Shown here: positions 19,831 to 29,209 of the stretch, in pieces
How the letters are laid out: each line of letters opens with the position of its first letter
Numbering within the stretch: the stretch's first letter is position 1
NCBI GenBank assembly: GCA_004322365.1
Contig: SCTS01000002.1
Coordinates: forward strand, 12,993-76,992
Length of the DNA: 64,000 nucleotides
Direction of reading: 5' to 3'
Source: Patescibacteria group bacterium
GTDB lineage: Bacteria > Patescibacteriota > Minisyncoccia > Phycocordibacterales > Phycocordibacteraceae
Position numbers and translations under genes: made by a program
The notes under the pieces: generated by a model
Told to the model about the DNA's origin: nothing
The model's database searches: none
Seen by the model: the letters and a program-made list of their open reading frames with translations, nothing else

Positions 19831-21060
19831 TCATACAATTTCAACACTAGGGATAGGGATAATAAATTTGGCACCGCGTGCACGCAATTCTTTTTCTTTT
19901 TCGAGAATGAAGTCACGGTAATTCCACGCAAGCAATAACACGTAGTCCGGCGTCTCGGTCTTTAGTATATCGGGAGAAACGACTGGAATATGACTCCCTG
20001 GTGTAAGGAGTCCAATTTTGTACGGAGTTGTATCAGTAACATACTCAACATCATCTTGAGTAAAGCCACAAAAATTTAAAAGAGTGTTGCCTTTGGCTGG
20101 TGCGCCATAAGCAACCACCTTCTTCTTTTCTCTCTGCATTCCTCGCACGAGCGACACGAGCTTCTCTTTGATTGCCTCTGCGTCTTTCTGGAAATCAGCA
20201 AATCGCGCGAGTGAGTGAAGTCCTGCTTTCTCTTCAAGTGCGAAAAGTTCATGCACAGAATTTTCAATCGGTAATCCGGACGCCTTGCGAGCAAAGACAC
20301 GAATAGACCCACCATGCGTCGGCATGCGTCGCACATCAAAAACTTCCATACCAAACCGACCAAATAAGTGCTGTAGAGGTTTCACGCTGTAATAGCACAG
20401 ATGCTCATGATAAACCGTATCAAATTCCCCATGCTCCACGAGGTCTAGTAAATAGTGCGACTCCGAAACGAATACGCCGTCATCAGTAAGAAGATCTTTT
20501 ACCCCTTGCACAATTTCATCAAGATCGTCTATGTGCGCAAAAACATTGTTCGCGGAAATGACTTTTGCCTTGCCCTTTGTCTCAACTATTTTTTTCGCCA
20601 TTTCAATGGTAAAAAAACCGTCCTCAGTTTCGATTCCTTTTGCACGCGCAGCTTCGGCAACATTCGCCGACGGTTCAATACCGAGCACTCGATTTGTACC
20701 AATGAAATTTTGTAACAAAATGCCATCATTGCTACCAATATCAACAACGAGGTCGTCTGGCGCCACATGTTCACTTTTTAAATCATTCGCATACGAACGA
20801 AAATGGTCAACGAGCGGTTTAGAAGCAGAGGAAAAATACGCATACTCACCGTGAAAAAGTTCGTCTTCCGCAACTACATCGAGAAGTTGAACCAGGTTGC
20901 AGGTACCGCAAAAATACACATCTAAGGGGTATCGTTTTTCGTCTTTGATATGTTCGGCATCAGTAAAATTATCAACTGGCGGATGCTCGCCAAGCGAGAG
21001 AATGCGCGTGAGACTAGAGCCTTTGCACACACGACAGATATCATTACGAAGATGGCTCAT
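19831..21060 (-). CDS. NDP-hexose C-methyltransferase (Zn-finger + SAM domain)
   Basis: CRVC..CGTC, DIGSNDG, NVFAH, FDTVYHEHLCYY, HGGSIR, GAPAKGNTLLN, LLAWNY. Confidence 0.92.
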   Translation of the reverse strand: MSHLRNDICRVCKGSSLTRILSLGEHPPVDNFTDAEHIKDEKRYPLDVYFCGTCNLVQLLDVVAEDELFHGEYAYFSSASKPLVDHFRSYANDLKSEHVAPDDLVVDIGSNDGILLQNFIGTNRVLGIEPSANVAEAARAKGIETEDGFFTIEMAKKIVETKGKAKVISANNVFAHIDDLDEIVQGVKDLLTDDGVFVSESHYLLDLVEHGEFDTVYHEHLCYYSVKPLQHLFGRFGMEVFDVRRMPTHGGSIRVFARKASGLPIENSVHELFALEEKAGLHSLARFADFQKDAEAIKEKLVSLVRGMQREKKKVVAYGAPAKGNTLLNFCGFTQDDVEYVTDTTPYKIGLLTPGSHIPVVSPDILKTETPDYVLLLAWNYRDFILEKEKELRARGAKFIIPIPSVEIV

Positions 21061-21084
21061 AGCACGCAGTATACCGAACGACTG

Positions 21085-21918
21085 TTATACCTTCCATTCC
21101 TCGGACACATACTCAGCAAGTGCCTCTTGCCACGGTCGGAGAGCTACCCGTTTTGAGGAAATAGATTCATTTGTTGGAAGCGTTGTGCTGGATGCGAAGT
21201 AACTTCGATCGACGGCACGCACGTGTGCGTCTGGCTTTACGTGGGTAGCCATTGCAGTAGCGAGGTCAAAGCGCGTAGCGGTACCAGCATTTGCAATGTG
21301 AAATATGCCCCGCTCGCCTTTTTCGAGCAGGTCTTTAATCGTTGCAACAAAATCTTTCCCGTATGTTGGCGAACCGTGCACATCGTAGAGAGCGGTGACC
21401 TCTGTGCCCGACCGCAATTGTTTCAGGACTTTTCCGTAAAACTTATTGTCTCGATCAGAACCACCACCAAATACCCACGCGGTGCGAGCGATGATGTACG
21501 ACTCTACAAGTGATGCGACGATGAGCTCGCTCATGTATTTAGTGCGGCCGTAGTGCGTCTGCGGATCTGGCGCGTCATCTTCAGTGTACGGACCTTTTTT
21601 GTGCCCGTCGAAAACACGCGAACTCGAAGCGAGAACCATGGTCGCGCCAACTGATGTGGCAGCTTGCGCCACATTGTACGTACCGCGCACATTAAGCTCG
21701 TAGGCATACAGGGGATCCTGTTCTGTTTTCACCATGTCAGTTGCGCCTGCGAGGTGAATGATCGCGCTTGGATTGTTTTTTTTGACGAACTCCATGACTG
21801 CATCCGCATCAAGAATATCGAGTGTTGTTTGGTCTGGACGATAGCCGAAATCTACATACGAACCGATCATTCCGCCGGCACCAATGGTAAGAACTTTTTC
21901 GAAATCAAAAGAGTTCAT
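21085..21918 (-). CDS. rmlD: RmlD-like dTDP-sugar 4-ketoreductase
   Basis: GAGGMIG, IHLAGAT, VFDG....Y.E.D.P.P...YGRTK, GSPTY; start MNSFDF at 21918. Confidence 0.8.
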   Translation of the reverse strand: MNSFDFEKVLTIGAGGMIGSYVDFGYRPDQTTLDILDADAVMEFVKKNNPSAIIHLAGATDMVKTEQDPLYAYELNVRGTYNVAQAATSVGATMVLASSSRVFDGHKKGPYTEDDAPDPQTHYGRTKYMSELIVASLVESYIIARTAWVFGGGSDRDNKFYGKVLKQLRSGTEVTALYDVHGSPTYGKDFVATIKDLLEKGERGIFHIANAGTATRFDLATAMATHVKPDAHVRAVDRSYFASSTTLPTNESISSKRVALRPWQEALAEYVSEEWKV

Positions 21919-21919
21919 A

Positions 21920-21940
21920 GAGATGAAAGGTGTGGGGGGG
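21920..21940. mobile_element. 21-bp solo TIR-like remnant of the GIY-YIG cassette family
   Basis: gagatgaaaggtgtggggggg flanked by tcata at 21915-21919 and 21941-21945, at the rmlA/rmlD junction. Confidence 0.7.
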
Positions 21941-22657
21941 TCATACAGCACGCTTCGCGATCTCATGTGCGACACGGAGTAGAGATTCGAATGTGCCCGC
22001 GTCCGACCACAAACCTTTAATAATTCCGTGGGAGAGTTTTTCTTTCTTGATATAGATGTTGTTGGCGTCCGTAATTTCCAACTCACTTCGCCCTGAAGGC
22101 TTCAGCGTTTTTATGATGGAAAAAATATCGTTGTCATACAGATAAAAACCAGTTTGGGCAAATTTTGATTTTGGTTTCTTTGGTTTTTCTTCAATCTTCA
22201 CTACCCTCTTACCTGCTGTATCAAACACGGGCACACCAAAACGGTGTGAGTCATTCATTGCCTTAAAAAATACTTTCGCGCCACCATTGAAAGAGGCAAC
22301 ATCTTTTGCAAAATCTTGTTCAAATATATTGTCACCCAGAATGACAGCAATCGGCCCTCCGTCGGAGAAATCTTCCGCGTAGCGTAGCGCGTCGGCGATA
22401 CCTCCGTTGTTTTTGTCTTGCAACGCATACGAGAGCTTGACACCGAACTCTCTGCCCGAGCCGAGGAATTGCATAAAGTGGCCCGCATGCTCGCGTCCAG
22501 TTACTATCATGATATCGGTAACGCCTGAACGCTGCAGCGTCTCCAGAGGGTAGAGAATCATTGGTTTGTTGTATACAGGAAGAAGGTGCTTATTTGTAAT
22601 AAGCGTCAAGGGGCGCAAGCGTGTACCGAGTCCTCCTGCAAGAATAACGCCTTTCAT
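21941..22657 (-). CDS. rmlA: Glucose-1-phosphate thymidylyltransferase (short form)
   Basis: MKGVILAGGLGTRLRPLT...KHLLPVYNKPMI, LGDN, EEKP, ELEITD, WSDAGT. Confidence 0.92.
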   Translation of the reverse strand: MKGVILAGGLGTRLRPLTLITNKHLLPVYNKPMILYPLETLQRSGVTDIMIVTGREHAGHFMQFLGSGREFGVKLSYALQDKNNGGIADALRYAEDFSDGGPIAVILGDNIFEQDFAKDVASFNGGAKVFFKAMNDSHRFGVPVFDTAGKRVVKIEEKPKKPKSKFAQTGFYLYDNDIFSIIKTLKPSGRSELEITDANNIYIKKEKLSHGIIKGLWSDAGTFESLLRVAHEIAKRAV

Positions 22658-22658
22658 A

Positions 22659-23735
22659 CTATTTTTTATTTTTGTGCCCTTCCCACAAATCTATGTGCGG
22701 GTTGAATACACCAGTCTTACGGCGAACCCTCTCTATCCACTTCCTATTTTGAGTGTACCACTTTACCGTATCAGCAAAAGCCTGGTCAAAGAGGTACTCT
22801 GGTTTCCAGCCAAAGTCTTTCATAATGAGCGACGCGTCAATGGCATACCTACGGTCGTGCCCCGGCCTTTCGGCAACAAATTCAATCATGTCTTTACCTT
22901 TACCAAAATATTTCAAGATACGATCAGCGATTTCACGGTTATTCATCTCATTGTCCGCGCCAATGTTATACACCGTTCCTGGTTTTCCATTAAGGAGGCA
23001 TAGCTCCAGCGCCTTGCAGTGATCCAATACATACACCCAGTCACGCACATGATTACCATCACCATACAAAGGAAGTGTCTTTCCTTCAAGCATACGGAGT
23101 ACAAAAAATGGAATGAGTTTTTCTGGATACTGGCGCGGGCCGTAGTTATTAGAACAGTGCGTTACGACAACTGGCACGCCCCATGTATTGTGATAGGCAC
23201 GACACAGCATATCGCCTCCGGCTTTCGTCGCAGCATACGGCACATTCGGCGCAAACGCCGTATGCTCAGAAAACTTATCTTCAGAATCCAGCGCAAGCGA
23301 ACCATACACCTCGTCAGTAGAAACCTGTACAAACGATTGCACCGTACCTCCCACCTTGACGGCTTCAAGTAAATTGAACACACCAACGATGTTGGTATTG
23401 ATAAATTCCAGTGAGCCAACATGGATACTGCGATCAACATGCGTCTCGGCTGCGAAATTTATGACATAGTCGGGTTGATATTTCTTAAATACAGCAGTGA
23501 CTTTCTTTTGGTCAGCTATGTCACCGCGCACAAATGTATAGCGTGCATCTTTTACAAAATCTCGCACATTGTCCGTATTGCCGGAATAGGTAAGCTTATC
23601 AAAATTGATGATGCGCACCTTGGGATATTTCTCAAAGATATGATGAATGAAGTTCGAGCCAATGAATCCCGCTCCACCGCATACTAATAGCACCTTGCCA
23701 TTTAGGGAACGTTTCGCACTCTGTTTCGTTGACAT
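22659..23735 (-). CDS. rmlB: dTDP-glucose 4,6-dehydratase
   Basis: GGAGFIGSNF, DKLTYSGN, AAETHVDRSI, STDEVYG, CSNNYGPRQYPEKLIP, RPGHDRRYA. Confidence 0.96.
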   Translation of the reverse strand: MSTKQSAKRSLNGKVLLVCGGAGFIGSNFIHHIFEKYPKVRIINFDKLTYSGNTDNVRDFVKDARYTFVRGDIADQKKVTAVFKKYQPDYVINFAAETHVDRSIHVGSLEFINTNIVGVFNLLEAVKVGGTVQSFVQVSTDEVYGSLALDSEDKFSEHTAFAPNVPYAATKAGGDMLCRAYHNTWGVPVVVTHCSNNYGPRQYPEKLIPFFVLRMLEGKTLPLYGDGNHVRDWVYVLDHCKALELCLLNGKPGTVYNIGADNEMNNREIADRILKYFGKGKDMIEFVAERPGHDRRYAIDASLIMKDFGWKPEYLFDQAFADTVKWYTQNRKWIERVRRKTGVFNPHIDLWEGHKNKK

Positions 23736-23785
23736 GAAAACATTTTTACACTAACACTGGATTCTTCACTTTACAATTCCGTGAC

Positions 23786-24553
23786 CTACAGTGTATCCTC
23801 CCAAACCTTATGCGTGAGTGTCCTCCCGCCGTATGTACCTGCCTTAATTTGTTCTACGGCTTTCGCTTCAGCAGCATTTCGTGCCTGCATACCTGGATCG
23901 TTTGCAAGCGTTACTTCAAAAAAGCGCTTAAATTTGTTGCTTTTTGTTGAGAGGATTTTGGTGGTATCAAGAAACTGCACTGTAAGTGCGTTACTCTTAA
24001 TGGCTCTCACAAACTCCGAGAGGAGTTCCCTTTCTTCATCGCTATCGGCAAAGTCCTCGATGTGATTGAAGAGCGCCATCGCGCGCGGCACATGCCATTC
24101 TGCCAATACAAATACTAGGTTATGCCACGAACGCTCTTTCCAAAATCGAGCGGCTTCTTTGTATTCGGTAATCGTGTCGACGGAAACTTCTTCGAGTAAG
24201 ATCTGTTTTTCGTTGACACCTTTTCCCATCAGTTCATCCTTAATGAGAGATGCGTATGTGGGCTTGTTTTCATCTCGCGACTTGCTCATTGCAACCAAAT
24301 ACGCTTCGGGATACGCTCCATTCATTTCAACAGTGGCAAGCACCCGATCTCTGCCACCAGCAGGAAGTGCCGTCCCTAAGACGCGTGCACTGTTTTCGTC
24401 ACCAACGCCAAACGAGCTGGTCACATATTTTCCCTTTGCCTCGTTCCACCTCATGTTTCCAGTGAGCACGAAGAATGCATCAGGGACACCTTCTACAAGA
24501 TGCCGTAATGCTTCTTTTGTTTTTTCACTTGAGTACCTCCGGCGTTCACTCAT
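23786..24553 (-). CDS. YdcF/ElyC/SanA (DUF218)-like protein
   Basis: GV....ILLEEVSVDTITE, WHVPRA. Confidence 0.65.
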   Translation of the reverse strand: MSERRRYSSEKTKEALRHLVEGVPDAFFVLTGNMRWNEAKGKYVTSSFGVGDENSARVLGTALPAGGRDRVLATVEMNGAYPEAYLVAMSKSRDENKPTYASLIKDELMGKGVNEKQILLEEVSVDTITEYKEAARFWKERSWHNLVFVLAEWHVPRAMALFNHIEDFADSDEERELLSEFVRAIKSNALTVQFLDTTKILSTKSNKFKRFFEVTLANDPGMQARNAAEAKAVEQIKAGTYGGRTLTHKVWEDTL

Positions 24554-25479
24554 ACCTCCTCCTGCACTATGTAAATTGGGCGTTTTTTAGTCTCTTCAAA
24601 TGTCTTGCCGAGGTAGAGTGCAATAATACCGAGCATTACCGACAAAAAACCGAAGATAAGCCAGAGTGAGCCCATGAGTAAACCAAACGACTGAGTAGAG
24701 CCGACAAGGAATCCTTGTACCACTGCAACTGCAAGATACCCACCTGCAAATAAAACAACAAGAACTCCTACTTTTATAATCAGGTGGAGTGGTTTTTCTG
24801 AATAGGCAAGAATGATATCCGTAGCGAGACTAAAAAGTTTTACGAGTGAGTATCCAGATTTGCCACCTTTCCGTGACGCATGTTCCACTGGCACGGTTGC
24901 GGTGCGGAAGCCTACCCACCGAACCATAACGGAGAAATATCGCATGTGATCTTGCAGAGAGAGAATTGCATCGATGACCTTCCGATGGTACAGCCCGAAA
25001 TTCGTGAGCGTACGGTTATGGCGACGCCCAGTGAGATAATTAAGAGTGGAATAAAATCCCCACGACACCAAAGACCGGAGCGGGCTGTCATGCCGTTTCT
25101 GCCGTGATCCAACGACGACGAAAAACCCTTCTTGGGCTTTCTGATACATCTTTTCAATTTCTTCCGGCTGATCTTGCAAATCGCAGTCCATAACAACCAC
25201 CCACTCGCCACGACTTGCTGAAAGTCCAGCAGTAATTGCCGGATACTGGCCAAAGTTGCGCGAAAGATTGAGTCCGCGGACTCGCGTATCGAGCACTGCC
25301 AACCCTTGTATCACCTGCCATGCACTATCGGGACTGGCGTCATTTACAAAAATTATCTCGAAATGCGGAGTGATTTTTTTGAGCGTTTCAAGGGTACGCC
25401 GATACAGCTCATCCAGTACCTCTGCAGAACCATACACGGGAACCACTACCGATATTTCAGACTGCACGCTCTGATCCAT
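24550..25479 (-). CDS. GT2 polyprenol-phosphate glycosyltransferase (GtrB/ArnC-like)
   Basis: SVVVPVY, FVNDASPD, LSRNFGQ, MDCDLQD, two C-terminal TMs, KKRPIYIV. Confidence 0.92.
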   Translation of the reverse strand: MDQSVQSEISVVVPVYGSAEVLDELYRRTLETLKKITPHFEIIFVNDASPDSAWQVIQGLAVLDTRVRGLNLSRNFGQYPAITAGLSASRGEWVVVMDCDLQDQPEEIEKMYQKAQEGFFVVVGSRQKRHDSPLRSLVSWGFYSTLNYLTGRRHNRTLTNFGLYHRKVIDAILSLQDHMRYFSVMVRWVGFRTATVPVEHASRKGGKSGYSLVKLFSLATDIILAYSEKPLHLIIKVGVLVVLFAGGYLAVAVVQGFLVGSTQSFGLLMGSLWLIFGFLSVMLGIIALYLGKTFEETKKRPIYIVQEEV

Positions 25480-25580
25480 ATGAAGCCTATAGTACTATCT
25501 TTGGCAAATTTAAAAAGGTTGCCCTTGTAGTGAGCCTCGGCTCATTGTGTACACTGAAACGAAGCACGCCTAATAAACAA

Positions 25581-26681
25581 TCAATCAGAGTATGCCTCAA
25601 CGATATGCTCAGCGCGCCGTTTCCATGAATATTCTGCTACACGCACCAATGCATTTGTAGCGCGAACGCTACCCTCTGCGAGCGCGCATCGAATGCCTTC
25701 CGCAAGCGCCACGGCATCGTCAGGTGGCACCAAGAATGCTGTATGTTCATCCAAAATTTCGCGAATACTTGGCAAATCACTCGCAACAACTGGAATGCCA
25801 CTTGTCATATAGGCGAAAAGTTTCAGTGGAGATGTGAACCGTGTTGAGATTTCGTCGGTACCAGTATTTGGAAGAACCAACACATCAGCCGCCGCCATAT
25901 TGTCTGCAAGCTCTTTGTACGGACGAAAACCAAGGAATCGTACATTTGGATAGCGTAGAGATAACTGCGCCACTTGTTCGGGCTCACCACCAATAACCGC
26001 AAGCACAATATTATTTGGCAGATTCTTTGATGCCTCTAGAAGCGTGGCGACCCCTTTCCAACCATCAAGTCGTCCGATATACATTGCTATGGTTGCATCG
26101 AGAGGAAGATTGAGACGCATGCGAGCGGCGTCTTTCGATTGCGAGTGTGCGAACTGCTCTATGTCAACGCCGTCGTGTGCAACTGAAATTTTTTCTGCAG
26201 GAACACCTTTTTCGATATAAAAATCTTTTAGCCCTTGCGATATAACAACAATACGTTTTGCCCGTCGTGCCACCGTACGCGCCACTCTGTTCCAAGACCC
26301 CGTGTGTGACTCCCACACATACGGAAAAGGCAGATGCACAAGAACCAGTTCGTCTCTGCCATAAAGCATCCCAAAGGTTTTTCCACGAATATACCGCCGA
26401 ACGGCGAATGCAAAAAGAAATGACTCTAAAAGAAATCCTATTCTTCCGTATCGAACGGTATCCCATACAGAAAGCCGTCGTAGTGGAAATTGTGTTTTCA
26501 GTCCGTAATATGAAAAAGTATCTTCCACAATATCCGTCTTTCTGTTTGGAACGACAAGTTCAACATCATGACCAAGTGCAGTGAATGCTTCGCATGTTTT
26601 CATAATCTGCACACCATGCGCCTTCTCGGTCGGCAAGCGTATGTTTGCGATATAACAGATAGAGAGTTTCTTATGCGACAT
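25581..26681 (-). CDS. GT4 glycosyltransferase
   Basis: RLPTEKAHGVQI, WKGV, FTSPLKLFAYM..G.PVVASDLP; start MSHKK. Confidence 0.9.
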   Translation of the reverse strand: MSHKKLSICYIANIRLPTEKAHGVQIMKTCEAFTALGHDVELVVPNRKTDIVEDTFSYYGLKTQFPLRRLSVWDTVRYGRIGFLLESFLFAFAVRRYIRGKTFGMLYGRDELVLVHLPFPYVWESHTGSWNRVARTVARRAKRIVVISQGLKDFYIEKGVPAEKISVAHDGVDIEQFAHSQSKDAARMRLNLPLDATIAMYIGRLDGWKGVATLLEASKNLPNNIVLAVIGGEPEQVAQLSLRYPNVRFLGFRPYKELADNMAAADVLVLPNTGTDEISTRFTSPLKLFAYMTSGIPVVASDLPSIREILDEHTAFLVPPDDAVALAEGIRCALAEGSVRATNALVRVAEYSWKRRAEHIVEAYSD

Positions 26682-27591
26682 AGGCTTCAATAATGCGTGG
26701 AATAAGACTCTGGAGCGAATGATGTTCGCGAATGTACGAGGGAGAAAGTGGAAGCCCGTTGATTGCAGGGTCAGTGGAATCGACCAGGCAACCACAGGCG
26801 GCGGCCTCCAAAACCACTTTGTCCAAAGAGCCAGTTTCACTGCGGTGGATAAGCTTTGTGGCAATGCGGTATTCGTCGCGAAGCCCTAATTGCGTGAGTC
26901 CACCTAGAAAAGTAACCTGAACACCGAGCTCACGCGCGAGCGCCGTAAGGCGCTCGCGCTCAACACCCTCTCCTGCTATACGGAGGGCGACGCCTGCATC
27001 TTTTGCCACGCGAATTGCAAGGTCGTGACGTTTGGTGGGCATAAGACGCCCAACGGAAAGAAGATGATTCCCGCGGGACACCTTCTCATCTGGAGCGAAA
27101 AATTCGGTATCAATACCGTGACCCATGACTTGCAGTTTTTTAGATGGCAGTCGAAAACTTTCCTTTGAGGCAGTGAAAATAACATCCACAAAAAGCTCAG
27201 CGACACGCAGTTTTAAATCTACCGATTTGTGCGTATACCACAAACCTATTGATTTTTTCCACGATTTCCAAAATAATCCACCAAGAATCACATACTCCGG
27301 ATTCATGTGAACGAGTACGGTGTCATAGTTTTTTCGCAATTTCCAAATCAGATATAAAAACCGAACCGAATACCCTATCCGCTTCAACAAACCACTATCA
27401 TATATGATAGTGGTTTGTTCTTTGCCCAGAGAATGAACACGAACATTTGATGGAAGATTATGTTTCCCCTCTTTTAAACAAATCACCTCTATACTCTCCA
27501 CATGCTTTGAAAATTCTTCAATCCAACGATGAAAAAATCCTAAGATGGCATCATCCCTATCAACGATTTGTGTAACGAGAAGGAGCTTCAC
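26671..27591 (-). CDS. GT4 glycosyltransferase
   Basis: GHGIDT, SVGRL.P.K, TGSLDKVVLEAAACG. Confidence 0.9.
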   Translation of the reverse strand: MKLLLVTQIVDRDDAILGFFHRWIEEFSKHVESIEVICLKEGKHNLPSNVRVHSLGKEQTTIIYDSGLLKRIGYSVRFLYLIWKLRKNYDTVLVHMNPEYVILGGLFWKSWKKSIGLWYTHKSVDLKLRVAELFVDVIFTASKESFRLPSKKLQVMGHGIDTEFFAPDEKVSRGNHLLSVGRLMPTKRHDLAIRVAKDAGVALRIAGEGVERERLTALARELGVQVTFLGGLTQLGLRDEYRIATKLIHRSETGSLDKVVLEAAACGCLVDSTDPAINGLPLSPSYIREHHSLQSLIPRIIEAYVA

Positions 27592-28109
27592 GAAAGTTCG
27601 TTGAAAGAGTGAATAACTGTATGAGTACCTGCCCCCGCCTTTCCATCACGACGCATTTCATAAAGTTGAACCTGAGGACAATGTAGAGCTACTGAATCAA
27701 GTTCGCTAATTTTATCATCAATGAAAATCAATGGCTCTTGATATGAAGTAAGCATACGGGCAATAAAAGTACCCTTCCTCTCATCGCCATTATAAAAGAT
27801 AGGAAAAGAGGGGTCGTCGTGAAATACACTTTCCAATTTTGCTTTTTGAAGTTCGACATTTCCCGCAGTAACTATTGCAGAATTGTCGTGATTCTTTCTC
27901 AAAAAATCATTAGCGTCTGCATACATAAAACGATCTAATTCCCCTGGAGCAAACACAAGCAGTCCTTTTGCTGTCAGAGAATTTAACTCAGTCGCCATTT
28001 CAACTTCAGAGAGAGAAAGAAGTCCACCAAGGTTGTCCCTCTCCAAAATGTAAGCCAGAAAAGCTGAAGTATCAAAAAGCGTTCTGTCGAAATCGAGAAA
28101 ATAGGTCAT
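27588..28109 (-). CDS. HAD-superfamily hydrolase-like protein
   Basis: FLDFDRTLFD motif I, VTAG, FIDDK motif IV. Confidence 0.75.
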   Translation of the reverse strand: MTYFLDFDRTLFDTSAFLAYILERDNLGGLLSLSEVEMATELNSLTAKGLLVFAPGELDRFMYADANDFLRKNHDNSAIVTAGNVELQKAKLESVFHDDPSFPIFYNGDERKGTFIARMLTSYQEPLIFIDDKISELDSVALHCPQVQLYEMRRDGKAGAGTHTVIHSFNELS

Positions 28110-29209
28110 AGAAGCGACTGAATTACATCAGCTATTTTTTTCGGATCATGACGAATGAGGCTCCGTTCAATAGCGTCGCCTTCAATCTTGTGAAGTGGCA
28201 CTACATCAGCAAATGTACCGCGAACTACACGCGAATCATTACCAAGATCATCAACCACAGGAAATGCATTTTTCTTTTCATAGTATTCCAAAATATCAGC
28301 CGGAATAGCACCGACATGCATGATTATGTGATCAGGCTTTCTTCCTGCATACGCCTCAATCTCTGCAACATGCTTTGATGCACTGTATCCACTTGTTTCA
28401 GAAGCAGTACTAAAAATATTGACGAAATAAATAAGACACGCATTTGATTGCCTGACAGCTTCCTTAAGTCCCGGTACAGCAAAGTTTGCCAAAGTCGATG
28501 TATAGAGATCTCCAGGACCTAAAATAATAAAATCGGCTGAACCAACAGCAAGCTCTGCTTGATCAGCGAGCGAAATCTTCTCCGAAACACTAAGTCCTAC
28601 AATTGCAGGGCCCCCTGGTGGACGAGCATTGATAGCGTGCTGACCAACAATCCTCTCACCACCCTCAAGCTCTGCTACTAAGGTTGCTGGGAAATCAGAC
28701 ACGGGCACCACATACCCACGAACACGAAGAATTTCCGAAACAGCACGAATGGCTGCACCGTCAGATCCAAGTTTGTCAGTGAGTGCAGTAAGTAAAAGAT
28801 TACCAAGGTTGTGTCCAGCAATATCCCCTTTTGAAAATCGGTAGGTAAAAATATCTCGAAGCATCGTTCCGTCTTTTGCAAGAGCAACAAGCGCTTGTCT
28901 GGCATCTCCCAAAGGAAGAAAACCGTACGAATCGCGCAAACGACCCGTTGAGCCACCATCATCCGCTACAGAAACCACAGCAGACAGAGAAACGCCCGGT
29001 AAAGACTTCAAAGCTGAAAGCACAACGAATGTCCCCGTGCCTCCACCAATAGTGACAACGCGTTTAGCGTTTGTTACAAAGCGATGCCCAGACACGAATG
29101 CATTGCGCACAGCATGAGCACGACTCTCTGGAGTACGGGCAGGGCCGAAAATCGCCTTAAAGTGCGTTTTGATACTCCGAGAGATGTTGATGTGAGGCTT
29201 CTTGTTCAT
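28106..29209 (-). CDS. YvcK/GlmR (CofD-like, UPF0052) protein, paralog 2
   Basis: GGGTG, DDGGSTGRLR, GD.R, GHNLGNL, GPGDLYTS, RHD. Confidence 0.9.
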   Translation of the reverse strand: MNKKPHINISRSIKTHFKAIFGPARTPESRAHAVRNAFVSGHRFVTNAKRVVTIGGGTGTFVVLSALKSLPGVSLSAVVSVADDGGSTGRLRDSYGFLPLGDARQALVALAKDGTMLRDIFTYRFSKGDIAGHNLGNLLLTALTDKLGSDGAAIRAVSEILRVRGYVVPVSDFPATLVAELEGGERIVGQHAINARPPGGPAIVGLSVSEKISLADQAELAVGSADFIILGPGDLYTSTLANFAVPGLKEAVRQSNACLIYFVNIFSTASETSGYSASKHVAEIEAYAGRKPDHIIMHVGAIPADILEYYEKKNAFPVVDDLGNDSRVVRGTFADVVPLHKIEGDAIERSLIRHDPKKIADVIQSLL

